A stretch of 64,000 bases of DNA from Nemertoderma westbladi (lineage: Eukaryota > Animalia > Xenacoelomorpha). Location: the NCBI GenBank assembly GCA_032718475.1, contig JAUCBJ010004291.1:1-64000 (forward strand). Reading direction: 5' to 3'. The stretch's first letter is position 1, and each line of letters starts with the position of its first letter. This document shows positions 1-12,689 of this stretch, piece by piece. The position numbers and the translations under genes were made by a program. The notes beneath the pieces are model-generated. The model searched no databases. It was not told the DNA's origin and worked only from the letters and a program-made list of their open reading frames with translations.

Positions 1-447
1 CGGTTAATTTACAATTAAAATATTGTACCGAGGAATGGTTAAGACAATTCATCTGATTTCTTCCATTTATTTTAGTAATAATTTTACTGTTGAAAATTCA
101 CAAATGGTACATGTTTCCATTTCAATTATACTTACATCACCGGAATCTCTATCTTAATCAACCTGTCATTCTGTCACTGCTTTTCTGCAGTGTCCAATTT
201 TGAACGTTAATAACTTGATCAATCCTCGATGAAATGTAACTAAACTTGGTAGACAAATAGTCTGTCAAAGGTTTAGAAATTTTCCAAGTAGAATTTGAAT
301 GGGGCCTTTTAGAATTATTTAGAATTATTTTTATTCTCAAAAACGCTTGACTAACATAACATTGTTCCCAGCACCGCACAGAATCTGCTGGGTACTAGGG
401 ATGGATGGGTGGGCCTCCACTATAGCAGGGCTAGTGTAGCTTTAGCC

Positions 448-2520
448 CTACTACTACTACTACTAGGATCGGCATGCTGCATTGCAGCTGCATTTTTAAG
501 AATGCTGTGCCGGCTTGTCAACAAAATTGCACCGCCACAACTCCCTATCACCCATGACATTTGCTAGATCATCCGCATCTTTAAGGCCAGTGTCCTTTAA
601 GATGCGTCTCAAGAAAGTCATGGGCTGTCCACTATGCTTATTCACTCCATGAGGCTGCCAAAGTACAAGATTATGCACTGGCTGGTCCTCACGGCGAAAG
701 CAATGTCCTGCAAAGCGGAGGCGATTTTGTTCTAGTGTCAAGCTTGGGGGAACCAATGAGACACCTCCAATGTTATATAGTGTCTGGTTGGAGATGTGTG
801 CATTGTACTTGACACAATGAACCCGGCGTAGCATTCTTGTGAATGTGCCATCCAGAGATTTGGTGTCCTCAGCAGTTAGAGCCCAGCATGGACTCCCGTA
901 GAGGAGTACTGGAACTACTGCTGCTCTAAATAATCGGACCTTAAGTTTCCGATTAATTCTCGGTGACTTCCAAATCCTGGAAAGCCTATTCAAGGCTGCC
1001 CATGCCTTTCCCTTACGTATTCGAAGGTCCTCACCTGACTTCCGGATCCATGATCCCAGGTAACAGAAGTCGTCCACATGCTCAAGCATACCATCCTTTG
1101 AGCTTATGCTCATCCGATCAGAGACTTGCTGAGGACTTTCAAAGTTAACTGTCAGAATTTTGGTCTTTCTGGAGTTAATAAAAAGACCAACACTAGAAGC
1201 AGCATGTTCTAATGAGCTGAGGAGCCGTTGGGCTCCCTCTAATGATTCTGAGAGTACTCCTAAGTCATCAGCAAAGTCTAGATCAGTTAGGTACTTGGCA
1301 GGATTTCCTCGACTTCTGGAGCCAGTAGGTGGAGTTATCATCACCCCATCATCATTATGATGATCTAAGGACATGCGTAGAACATAGTCAACCACAATAA
1401 TAAACAAGAATGGTGCAAGTGTGTCTCCTTGGAGGACGCCCCATAACACTTCAAATGGTTCTGTGTCACCATCAACAGTAGACACAAATGTTGTCGAACC
1501 ATCGTATACTGATCTGATAGCTGCAATAATTTCATCAGGAATCCCATATAATGAAAGTATGCTGAACATACGTGAGCGAGAGACTGAATCAAAGGCCTTG
1601 AAGAAGTCAACAAAGATGACAGCCAGATGCCTGTCTTTCTTTTTTGATAATTCTTCAATTATCCTTCTAAGTGCCAAAATGGGCTCCATGGTCCCACGAC
1701 CTTTACGGAACCCATTCTGATTTCCACGGAGCAGTCTCTCAATGGGATCCCTGATGCGATTTAATAGAATCCTATTGTATAGCTTTGCAGCAATCGAGAT
1801 CAATGAGATTCCCCGAAAAGAACCATAGAGTGTTAGGTTGCCCTTCTTGGGAACTGGCACCAACTTATTTGTTTTCATTTCTTGTGGGACTCTTGTTGTA
1901 CGGTACATGTCTACTATGATGGGATAGATGAGCTTTAAACACTCAGGTATTTTAAAGACCTCAGGGGGAACACCATCTACTCCACTGGCACGATTGGTCT
2001 TAATGCTCTTTGCAGCAGCCTTCACTTCTGCAAAGGAGATATCGCCAATGGGAATATCTGGGAGTACAGACTCAGACACCTTTACTTCTATAAAGTTATC
2101 AGGCAATACCCTGTCATTATTGAGGAGCTTTTCAAAGTGGGCTTTCCAACCATTGAGGCGATCGGCTGGTGATTCAGCCTTAACCTTGGTGGTTGGTTGG
2201 CTTTTCCGCCCAGTAAGCAGATTGATCGATTTCCATGCCTGGGATGATTGCCTGCTGTCGTCAGCATCATTGATGGCATCAACCTGTTGGTTTATTAGCT
2301 CCTGTAGATTAACAGAGTACTGCCTGTTCAGGGACCTAGATGCAGCCTTAACTGCATTCTTGGCCGCTGTAGTCTGTTTGAGTCGGGACTCTTTCTGCGC
2401 CTTATGAAGGTCATTTCGGCACTTTTGAATTTTGTTGTCAGTCCAGGGGGCCCTTTTCCTGTTTCGAGGGTATACAGGAACTGTTTCTGCAGCTGCTAAC
2501 TTAACTGCTTCTCCACCCAC
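448..2520 (-). mobile_element. 5'-truncated RTE-clade non-LTR retrotransposon (RT intact, endonuclease missing) with (TAG)n tail
   Basis: 674-aa ORF 496..2520 carries the RT motifs QNGFRKGR, FVDFFKAFDSV, GVLQGDTLAPFLF, LDFADD, YLGS and an RTE-type C-terminus (RLRFAGHCFR). A short 3' UTR is followed by six CTA units on the + strand at 448-465. Confidence 0.9.
496..2520 (-). CDS. Reverse transcriptase ORF of RTE-like LINE (N-terminally truncated)
   Basis: Uninterrupted ORF containing the RT motifs; no APE domain present. Confidence 0.85.
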   Translation of the reverse strand: MGGEAVKLAAAETVPVYPRNRKRAPWTDNKIQKCRNDLHKAQKESRLKQTTAAKNAVKAASRSLNRQYSVNLQELINQQVDAINDADDSRQSSQAWKSINLLTGRKSQPTTKVKAESPADRLNGWKAHFEKLLNNDRVLPDNFIEVKVSESVLPDIPIGDISFAEVKAAAKSIKTNRASGVDGVPPEVFKIPECLKLIYPIIVDMYRTTRVPQEMKTNKLVPVPKKGNLTLYGSFRGISLISIAAKLYNRILLNRIRDPIERLLRGNQNGFRKGRGTMEPILALRRIIEELSKKKDRHLAVIFVDFFKAFDSVSRSRMFSILSLYGIPDEIIAAIRSVYDGSTTFVSTVDGDTEPFEVLWGVLQGDTLAPFLFIIVVDYVLRMSLDHHNDDGVMITPPTGSRSRGNPAKYLTDLDFADDLGVLSESLEGAQRLLSSLEHAASSVGLFINSRKTKILTVNFESPQQVSDRMSISSKDGMLEHVDDFCYLGSWIRKSGEDLRIRKGKAWAALNRLSRIWKSPRINRKLKVRLFRAAVVPVLLYGSPCWALTAEDTKSLDGTFTRMLRRVHCVKYNAHISNQTLYNIGGVSLVPPSLTLEQNRLRFAGHCFRREDQPVHNLVLWQPHGVNKHSGQPMTFLRRILKDTGLKDADDLANVMGDRELWRCNFVDKPAQHS

Positions 2521-3452
2521 GTATTAATGAGAAATGGTGGATGGTAGGACGTGCCTTCGTGCAGTACCAGTGTAAATGTCTTGCAGTTATAATAAATTTA
2601 TTTATCCAAAATTATTAGGATTGACATCAGCGGGTTGCTAGGAGACTGTAGGATAAATCAGCTGGGTTTCTGGGAAAATACACTGATGCATAAGGAATCC
2701 GCTTGGGCATGCATCATCGACCAATCAAAATTCCTAATCACCCCCTTCTATTTCCTTAGAAATTGGAGCCCTCGTATTGGCTTGTTTAGTCTTACTCTTA
2801 AGATTTGTGGTTTTCAATCAATGTTAGACTATCTTAAGGTTTTCTCTGAGGCAGCCCCCCCCCCCCCCCCCCCCTCCCTCACTCCACCCACCTGCTGCTG
2901 CCAGTTGTTTTATTGGCTCTGCTGGTCTTGGAGTTACTGAACTTAGGAAAAAATCCTATTCATATAACTTATGGATCAATTTAACTCTTTTTATTTCAAT
3001 GCTGCTAATTTTTAAATGCTTAAATGGTAGTCATTTCTAGTGTCGGATTACACCACATAACAAATAAATATTATTTTAAATGCAGGGGAGAAACTTCTGA
3101 AATAATACTTCAGAAATTCCATCTCGGCAAATTTATATCATGTCTCGGTGAATTAAGAATGCTATAACAATTATCGAAAAACTTAGCGCTGTAGTTTATG
3201 GAGATGCAAGGGTTGCAAGTAAGGGACCTATTTCCTCTATAAAAAGAACCCCTTCTAAGCGGAATCTACAAACCCTAAGGAAGTCATTTCTCCTTGGAAT
3301 AAAAGAGCACACACACAGCTGCGCTTTTATTCCACAAAGAAACGCCCTTCAAAGAACCATTTAAAATAACCTACTCACGCCACGCCACACTCACTTAGAC
3401 AATTAGAAGGAACAGAGCCATCTATTATTCATATAGCTCAACATTACATAGA

Positions 3453-4059
3453 TGTTAGTGGATCCAATTCGCTGTACCACCCAGTGGAAAATGGGAAAAG
3501 GCATGATTTACGAATCATAATTGGATATGCGACATTACCAATATAATATCGCATACCAAGGGCACCAAGGCAATATACATTGCCAGTTAGAGAGAGATGC
3601 CAGCACATTAGCTCATCTCAGGGGTAATCTAGCACAGGGCCAGGGGAAAAAAAGGGATTGGTTGGAGAATAAATCAACCAATGATAGGGCGGCTTACCAT
3701 CAATTATCGCGCATTCACTGGTAGGCCAGACCTAGGTAGGAATGTATATCCCATGTAATATATGTAACTGTTACTCTGTTGATTGTGCCTCAGTTGGCTA
3801 CATTGAGTGTAGAAGTCAGATGGTTTTTAACCGTCGTCGTCGCTGTTAATGTTACTGCTATTATGGTATTAGACTGACTTTGCTTATCTGTTATTACGAA
3901 CAACAATAACTATAAACTCAGTTATTTTACCGGCCTTCGTCCTTTCAATTTCACCTCAGCCTTTCTGTAGCCCAGCAAAAGCGGGGATGCGTATTATCCA
4001 TACGACTCGAAACACTCGGATCTCGACTCGGATCTTTTGCCAACTCGGATCCCGTCACA
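3453..4059 (+). mobile_element. Solo LTR (607 bp)
   Basis: Starts TGTTAGTGGATCC and ends GGATCCCGTCACA (TG...CA, imperfect terminal inverted repeat). Flanked by a 5-bp direct repeat ATAGA (3448-3452 and 4060-4064). Strand is tentative. Confidence 0.75.
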
Positions 4060-4468
4060 ATAGATCATAGTTACTTTAATGCTAACCAGAACAGCTTAAT
4101 TAAAGAAACACATACATACTATAACATACTATAAAGATATCTAAAAATTATTATCTAAAACCATTAACTATTAAAAATTTGACAGCACCTTGGAAGCACT
4201 TTGTAACGCATATTATATGGTATTGAGATTTCCAATTGGGGGATTTTACTGTACAATTTTTCTAAATCACTACAACTAAATTAAGAATATTATTTTGTTT
4301 AGTATGTTCATTGATGGAATACTAAATATACACAGAAGGACAAATGTATCATACCCCTGGAGGCAATCTTTTTATTTTATAAAACAATAGATATGGATGA
4401 CAAAAAACCGCTGGTAAAGTTTTTTCAAAATCTGTCGTGACGTTTTTGAGATATATCATTTTATATAA

Positions 4469-4754
4469 CGCTCCCATGGCCTACTATATATACAAGGCCT
4501 AATAAGCTGCATTTTGAGGCCATTCAAAAAGAGACCAGTTTTTTTGTCGGAACCAGTGTCAAAATTACTAGCTAATCCTACCTAAAACACTAGCTACCTT
4601 ATAATTTAGTATCTTGTTTAACGAGGAGACTTCAATTCAGTCGAATTAAAGAATTATATCAAAATATCAAATTGTTGTAAAAAAAAATGGTCTCTTTTTG
4701 AATGGCCTCAAAATGCAGCTTAGGCTTATATATATATAGTAGGCCATGGGAGCG
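4469..4754. mobile_element. MITE/foldback element with ~70-bp imperfect terminal inverted repeats
   Basis: Left arm CGCTCCCATGGCCTACTATATATA...TAAGCTGCATTTTGAGGCCATTCAAAAAGAGACCA is mirrored at 4688-4754. No clear TSD. Confidence 0.7.
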
Positions 4755-5446
4755 ACCTGGTGCCCGACTATGTTGACAATGACACGCATTAAGCAGTGGA
4801 CCTACTTATCCGAGCACTACCAAACAATAACTCAGGCTCATATTTATGTTTGTCCCGAATCTCAGTGGCAAATTCTGTTGGACCAGACTGAATATCAGAC
4901 AGATACGGGTACAGAAACTTTTCGAAGCAAGTGAAAGGCTGAAGGGAAGGGAAGTCAGATCGAGTGGATCATTCTATAGTTATAGTGTTAGTGCACCAGA
5001 TATCCAGTGCTATCTGCCTGTGGTAAGTGTCACCCATGTGGTAATAAAGACTTTTGATGATATTAATTCACCTGAGATGTGATTTGTGCCCAGTTCAGTG
5101 CCGGATTAACCTTGGTATACAAGGCAGGTAGCCGAAAATAAGGGCCATTTTTCCCAGCGAGTCATTCCTGTAAAAAAATATTTTTATCAAAGAGATTCAA
5201 TATGACGTTTAATTACTCAAGGAGTAAATGGTTATAAGTATGCCTATTGTAATGACACTTGATTTAACATAATTAAAACGATAAGTTGTAATTGGATAGA
5301 GCACATAAATTTATAAAATAAACTTAAATAAAATAAAAGTATTTTTAAATAAAAAGATGGGAAGAGGGTGATTGGCATAATATAAGGCACATTAAATAAG
5401 ATAAAATAAATAAACAGTATAGTCGGGCCTTGAACTTTCTATTGAT

Positions 5447-6590
5447 TTAAATAGTTAGTGTTGCAGCATCTGTCGTCATCAGCCAAATTGCTGTCTTTAG
5501 GTGTGAACTGCACTGAGGTATGCGCGTACATAGTTTGTAGTGGTCTGTGTTTGCCGCCAGGGAGCCACACACCCAACAGGTGCAGTCTTCCGTGGGTCTC
5601 CAGCAATTGAGTTTTGTACATAGGCGGTGGTGGCAACCGTTTGATAATAGCTGCGCTGCCGCGCGGCGTCGGAAACCTGTGAGACCTGTCACGTTTGGAT
5701 CTGAGTTAGCCGGGTTGTCTATGGCACTTAGGATGGCTGTGGTGGAGGCAAACTTGCTTATTCCACACCAGAGTTTCCAGTAAAAACCGCGGACACGTTG
5801 AACATGACACAGTTGCGTTAGGTCACCATTTGCAGTGAAGACGTTGCAGCCATAAGTGGTCGATGGAAGGACAATAGACTGCCATAAACGTTGGGCGGAT
5901 TCTAGCGAAACGATGTGTAGGTTTACCTTTGTTGCAATTACAACACAACTGGAGAGTCCTTTCGAGTATAGATGATCGTAGTGTCCTCTGGATCCATTTT
6001 TCGTTGATAGAGTAACTCCTAAATATTGAAAGGAGCTTTGAAATTCCAATTTGTGCCCGTTATATTCTAGAATGTCAGTCCTCGATAATCTCCCCCCCTT
6101 CCGGAACTTAACCACCTTTGTCTTCGCAATATTGACCTGGATTCCATTTACTTCACAATATTCTGAGAGTTTGTCTAGACTAGCTTGAACCTCCGTGATA
6201 GAGTCACCTGATATGACTAGATCATCAGCATACATTATAATCCAAATTGATGCGAATATGAGATAGGCTGGTAGGTCTGATACAAAAAGACTAAAAAGTA
6301 AAGGAGACAGTTTATCGCCTTGTACAACTCCAATTGTTTGAGTAATAGGCTCCAGAATGTGAACTCCAACACAGATATATATGTAGTTGATAGCGATCAT
6401 AGACCAGATAGCGATAATAAACTTTCGACTTACTCCGAGTTTCGATAATTTCCTGCAGAGAATCTCTCGGTTTATCGAGTCGAAACATTTTCGAAAATCA
6501 ACAAATACGCAGTATAAATGGCCACCCTTAGGTTCAAGGGCAAAATTGATGCGGGTATATAGACGTTTAACAGCGTCGATCGTCGATTTT
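5447..6590 (-). mobile_element. 5'-truncated non-LTR retrotransposon RT (RTE-X/L2-like) with C-terminal Cys/His motif
   Basis: The frame stays open upstream of the listed ORF (STIDAV...FVDFRKCFDS), then GVVQGDKLSPLLF, MYADD, KTKVVKFRKGGRL, YLGV and CWVC...H...C. Confidence 0.8.
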
Positions 6591-9500
6591 TATCAAAAAA
6601 ATCTACATTTTTCTCAATGATAAGAAAGTGCAAAATTTTAGCTCAGTCGACCAACAGCTGCTGTGTTATTATTTAGTGGCACAATATTTAGATGTTCATA
6701 ATTATTATTATAACATAAATGTAAATTGAATTGATAAATTAAATTATAGATTCGTAAAAGTGATCGAAAAATTTGTACCAGAAACTAGTTTTATTTTTAT
6801 TATGTATAATCTAAATGTTTTTAATATGAATAGCTGCGTAATAGTACTCCATTAAAGTGAGTTGGTTCCCATAAACAAAATAGAATATTATATAAAAAAA
6901 TGAATTAATTGAGACTGAATGAATATAACAATAGATTAATGAAATAGATTTTCAACTATTTTTCGAATGCTTCTTTTTCCTTCTTCATTTGTTCTCAGTA
7001 TTTTCTTCTTTATCTTTTTGGTTTGATTGTGGTCCTTCCTTGTCCTTCTTTTTCTATCAAACTTGTAATCAGAGAAGGTTAATCCTCATCTGGGCAGTTA
7101 ATAGTGATCTTCCAGATCCGAACCACGAAGACCAGCACCGTCGCCCAACCCGAGTGCCCGCCATGGACAGCGTCCGCCCCCCATTCCTAAGTGTCTGGCT
7201 ACCACTGACTCTGCGAGGTGATGTTTGAAGATGTTGGTTTCCTTACACCACACTCCTTCTGTGGTGCCGACAAGTGGTGTAAATGACATCCTCCTCGACT
7301 CGCACACATCGTGATAATGCTGCTTCTTTGCGCGGACCCTCTGCTTGAGGATTGACCTCGTCGAACGGTTATTCTGGATGTATGAGGTGGCGTCGGCGTT
7401 TATCACAGCAATGTCGAAAGATGCCACCCTCTGATTGGTCCAGATACCACATGCGACTAGGTCTGCGCGAACTCCCCCGATGTTTACACCCTGTCGGTCA
7501 AGGTGCCCATTCGCAAGTGTCACCTCCCGCTCAACCGAAGAGGGATCGACAACTGCTGAAATTAAATCTCCAAACACCTCCCTAACCTCATTGTGGCGCT
7601 TGATTACTAGCCCGCCTGATTTACAACTTAGAGCATGGGTAGTGGTAAAATCATTCCCACAGCCCTCACACTCGGCAGGGAGGCCGGGCAGTGTCAGGCC
7701 ATAACGTAATGCGAGACTATCACGAAACACCTCTGGGTCTAGGTCGGTGTTATCCAGGATGGATGGTTGGGCAGTGAGCCAGCCGCTTGTCTTGTTTGTT
7801 GTTGTGCGGTTGACAGTGCGGCGATGATCCGGTGGGATTGCTGCCAGTGCAGACTCCTGGATGGAACTATATGCCAAGTTGTTTGCTTTTCTGCTCTCTG
7901 CACGCGCCTTCTTGAGTTGCCCTTCGTGGTCAGCAACACAAAGTGGAGTCCCATTTATGATGGCTTCTACTATGAGTTCCGTTCCTGTTGTCGATGCCAA
8001 ATGTGCTTGGCTCTGCCTTGTGACTGGATTTCGGGTACCAATACCCCCATATCAAGTAGGCAGAAGGAGGAGTTGATCATTGACCGGGTCTGATACGGAC
8101 ATAGTGCCAAACAGAGCATGTACATAATGCCGTAGTAGTGCTGTTCGTATTGGCTCGAAGACAATGTCATCTACCTCTACCACTCCGAGGAGAAAGTCCT
8201 ATTCTTGCTGTACATAACGGGACATCCTTGTGTGGGCAGTCTGTGGGACCTCCTCTGCTACACCTGCCAGCCTCGTAATGCTCTAGACCCAGCCTTCCAC
8301 CTTCTCTGCTATATACCGCTTGCACCCTGCATCATCCCCAATGTACCCTCCCAGGAAACGATGGCCCAAAACCACCAGAATACCCCAATCCCCAAACATC
8401 TTGTGGGCTTGCTCCTCCAGCCCTGGTTTCACCACCAGGTAGGACTTAGTGGGCTCAGGGTTGTACCCGATCTTGGGACCCACGTGGAGTAGAAGGTTCC
8501 ACCAAGCTCATACCTGAGTCATTGAACCAGCACCTGAGGCGTCGTCGGCAACCAACACTGTTGGCTTCTTGCATGTTGAGGGTTGGTCCTATGAGTCTGT
8601 GTAGTTGGCTGTGTTGGTAAAAGTTGTTAGTGGAATCTTCAGTTGGCGTTGGCAATGTCGTTGGATCCTCGGTTGGGTTGGGTCTTGGTGCAGAGATATT
8701 GGCTTCTGTGAGTGATTGTTCCACTAGCAGGTCTGACGTGCTCTCACGGAGCCCACACACCATTGGCAAGGAAGCACAGCCGTATACTAACATGGCCAGT
8801 GGGTCGCCCTGCGTCATTCCCTCCGCACTCCACAATGGGTCATTGCTTCCACTAAGATACATAGCCGCGTGTCTATTGTACGCATTATAAACAAAACATG
8901 AGCAGCGATGCCAATATCGACGGCAATTCATTAGAGCAACTGGGTGGCTGATGGAGTTGAAGGCTTTGCTAGCATCCACGAGTAGCATGCACTCAGTCGA
9001 GTCATCTTCAAACAGGGCTGTCATAGCATGGATGCCTCCTTCTATGCCGGCTTTCACTCCGGCACACAGTTGATCCGCACCGCATTCCATCACAAAGTCC
9101 ATCTTGGTGGTGGTCGATAGGCAGTCGATAGAGTACCTTGCCAATCCCTATGGGTCGCACTCTGGGTTGCTTGTCGAGTGCAATCAGTCGATAGGCACGG
9201 AGTGCCCAGACCTCATCCCAAGGGACGATCGTGTTTGCCAGCTGACGCACTAAGCCGGGCACTGCCTCGCGAAGATGTACACTGTGGGTGTCATACCTTA
9301 TTAGTGCAGCACTCCAGAACTTTGCATCACCACCCACAGGTCCAGCAGCCCCGCGCAACCCGAAGTACGATCTGCGAGGTGATGTCCACGTCCTCAAAAG
9401 CTGGTAGTGCGCCTTCAGGTTCGAGTGACTCAGGTTCTACTGGCATCTGAGCTGGATGTTTCTTTGCTAGCATATCTCTCACCGTAACTCTCATCGTTGA

Positions 9501-10244
9501 CCTTCTGCCTGTGACTTGGTCTCTAGAATACCGCCACAATCTCGGTCAGTTACTCGTTGGACTGCTGCCTGATTCTGCCCCGTGAGAACCATCCTATTGA
9601 AGTCCTTGGCTGTGTTCGTGGGTGTAGTCCTATGACCAGTTGGGAATCTGTTATTGCAGCACTCAGCCTCCGCAAGCAGTTGTTCAATCTCGCCTCTCTC
9701 CCACATTCCGATCCGCCGCATGATGGTGTGTCGGATTTCAGGCCCCTTGACCACATCGGGATTTCGCTGGAGCATTATGGCAACGAAACACAAAGGCCGC
9801 TCAGAAGGATGTGTTCCACTGGTTAGCCCGCTGATTTCCAATGCTAGCAGGTCAGCAACTTTCCTTCCTACATTACCTCCGGGGAGGATATACCTCCGAC
9901 TTGCCAACTTGACAAGGCGGGCATGCCGTCTCTCCCAGGTTGGGTCAGAGGACGACCCTGGGGAATTGAGCCACTCCCCACCAAAAGCTGTCTCCAAAAT
10001 ATCAGTGGTCGGTGAAATTATCACACTGGGCCTAGTCGACATTCCGGGGAGGGTAAGAGAAGGGTCCTGAGCCGGAGTCGTTCTATTTGGGCGTAAATCA
10101 TTATGGGGGTTCCTACAGCACGTTGTCCCCATTGCGGCACAACTTGTACATCCTTTCTTTGTCCAAGTACAACCATACTGACTTGTCGCACATTCCTTAA
10201 TGAGGCAGGCGCAGCATCACTGGAAACCCTGCGCCATCATAGAG

Positions 10245-11060
10245 CATACGACTTGGGGGATTCCTGACTCAGACTGTGGGACACCCAACGCAGACTGGGG
10301 GAACCCCACATGGATTGGGTGGCGCACGGCATGGATGGGGTGGCACATGCCATGGACTGGGAGGCGCCTGACACGGACTGGGGGGAACTCGACATAGCTT
10401 GGGGGGCGCCCCACCCAGACTGGGGGATACCAAGCATTGACTGGGGGACACCATACACTGACTGTGTGACACCTGATGCAGACTGGGGGGTACCCGACAT
10501 GGATTGTGGGGGGCCCAACTCAAACTGGAGGGCACCCGACATGGACAGGGAGGCGCCCAGCATGGACTGGGGGGAATGGGGGGCTTCAGATATAAATTGA
10601 TGGGTGCCCGACATGGACTGGGGCGAACCCGACATTGGTTGGGGGGTGGTCGACACGGACTGGGGGGAATCTGACCTAGATTGGAGGGCATCCAACACAG
10701 ACTGGGGGGTACCCGACATGGGTTGGGGGGAATCAGACATTGTTTGGGGGGCACCCAACATAGACTGGAGGGTGCCACACTTGGCCTGCGGTGATCCCGA
10801 CAAATATTGGGGGGGGGGGGGGGGACCCAACATGGTTTGTTGGTCACCCAACACAGATAGGGCGTAACAAGTCATGGATTGGGGGGCACCCAATATGGAC
10901 TTGGAGTCACCTGATACAGATTGGGGGGCACCCAATATGGACTGAGGGACACACGATATGTATTGGGAGGCAGTCAACGGGGACTGGGGTACACCCAATA
11001 TGGATTGGGGGGCACCCAACATGGATTGAGTGGCACCCAACATGGATTGAGGGGCACTCG
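10245..11060 (-). repeat. 21-bp tandem repeat encoding PQSxxGx heptads within the CRE ORF
   Basis: Roughly 35-38 diverged units, in frame in ORF 10237..11493 (PQSMLGA, PQSMSGT and similar). Confidence 0.85.
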
Positions 11061-11389
11061 CTATATACTTGGTGGTTGGCACTACTGAGGATCCAGAGCC
11101 AGGACAACAATCGTAAATGGGGCCATGAACCCTGTGTTTGCCGTTAGTATTGGCAGAGAATTTCTGCGTGCAAACTGGACATGATGGCTTAGAGGAGATG
11201 ACAGTTGGTTCGCCACTATCTCCTTGTGTAGTTTGTTCCACTGCCGGTTCATGGAAGGGATCCTGAGAACAAGCTTCTGAACCTGTTGGGATGGATGGTG
11301 GTACAAGTACTGTTGAAGAGGTTATGGCTGGCTGTGAATGGTGCTCTACAAGAGACGCAACTTCGATTCGGAAAAGCTTGATTGATTGA

Positions 11390-11988
11390 TCATTGATCCC
11401 AGCAAGACTTTCACAATAGAGACACATTCTCACAAACCGACAGACGTAAACTCCACACTCAAAACTGTTGTATTGCAGCCGATGGGAGAGCACAACCTGG
11501 ACGTTGACAGTTATGTCACCAATCCCTTTATTTTTTGCCTCCTGGACAGCCCAGTTTTAAAGAAGATCAGTGTATTCAGAGTGACATCCACCGAAAGAGT
11601 CAAAGACGAATATCTTCCTCTCCTTGGGTTTGAACACTAAAAGGATCCAGTGGCTTTGATTAACAAGGAGGGGAAAGAACAGGATATCCATCTGGAATAT
11701 ATTACACCTCTGAGTCCAACGTCTAGCTGTGTCGTAGCCCTGTGTTTCGAATATTGTGAGAAAGTTGGATTTAAAAGTCCTGGCGGATTGATGCTTCGCC
11801 TCATCCCCAAAGAAACACAGAATCGCTTCCAATATCGAGTCTGTGAGCCATCCAGTTCCCTGAAGAGAGTCTATGTCTTTCTTGGAGATGGTTATTCCAC
11901 CAAAACGACATCTTTAATTAGAGTCCATGATGAGGTGCTCGTTGTTTAGCACAGATTCAGACAAATCGATTATACTAGGATCACTCAT
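11390..11988 (-). pseudogene. Ulp1/C48 SUMO-type cysteine protease domain at the N-terminus of the CRE ORF
   Basis: One frame from ATG 11988 with two stops: DIDSLQGTGWLTDSILE, RRWT..CNIF, PLLVNQSHWILLV (His), VFDS (Asp), QYNSFECGVYVC (Gln, Cys). Confidence 0.85.
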
Positions 11989-12689
11989 CGTATGCAGACC
12001 AGACAAAGTCGTAATGATTATTATTATACTAAATACCACTAGTAGTATATAGTGTGATTTTCTAATATAACAAACTAGCAAACCTTGTTTTTTATTAATC
12101 AAAAAATCTTAACAATCAAAATTTTATCACGGTTTCACCGTGATAAAAAATTAATTTACTAGTTTTATAAATATAATAGATAAAAAAAGAATAAATTAGT
12201 TGTAGATAAAATGGTTGTTGACAAAAAAAACGTGTCAGAAATAACTTGTCACTAATTTAATTTAACCAAAATTCAGATGTTCTGCCCTCTTGTATTGAAT
12301 TTTGCACTCGATGGCATTTTAGCTGCCAATTCCTGCAAAACCTAAAACTCTCGGACAGCATAATTGAATTTCAGTCAATAAAAATTAATGAAATTAGTGA
12401 CAAAAAGTTCTCCTTCCAAGACTTGTTTCTTATCGAAGAACATTACTTTCTCAGCAAGTCCAAATCTAGATCAGAAATATATCTTTGCACAAGCCCATAA
12501 TTTTGCTTTGTAAGGATGTTAAAGCAAATCCTGTAAAGATAAGTACCCTGAGAAACCAACAGAAAATATATAACTTTAATCTGTTTTTGTAGTTTGATAG
12601 ATGGGCTTTCCTTTCATGTGGTGTTATCGGTTTTCACTATTTAATTATTTATTTACCTCAAAACTGCTCTTTTCAACAACAGTATTTAT

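Larger units (their letters stand above)
7050..11988 (-). mobile_element. Degenerate CRE-clade (RLE-type) non-LTR retrotransposon: Ulp1 protease - Zn finger - heptad repeat - RT - restriction-like endonuclease
   Basis: Fragments occur in co-linear order on the minus strand: LIALDKQPRVRPIGIG, QLCAGVKAGIEGGIHAM, LVDASKAFNS, GMTQGDPLAM, QCW/ADD (frameshifted), GYNPEPTKS, then CEGC..HALSC, RHNEVR, RADL and FDIAV..KKQHY. Multiple stops and frameshifts. The 3' end is approximate. Confidence 0.85.

Noticed and set aside
158-379. 73-aa minus-strand ORF at the window start
   Set aside because: No recognisable motif; possibly decayed LINE sequence but unsupported.
963-2407. Plus-strand ORFs antisense to the RTE RT (and similar antisense ORFs over the CRE, Gypsy and BEL ORFs)
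   Set aside because: Shadow ORFs of real coding sequence on the opposite strand.
2855-2875. Poly-C/poly-G tracts here and at ~22.5, 24.5, 25.1, 46.1 and 61.8 kb
   Set aside because: Simple homopolymers, common in such genomes and of uncertain assembled length; no specific function can be supported.
3295-3333. Hairpin GGAATAAAAGAGCA...TGCGCTTTTATTCC
   Set aside because: Short and imperfect, with no TSD or context indicating function.
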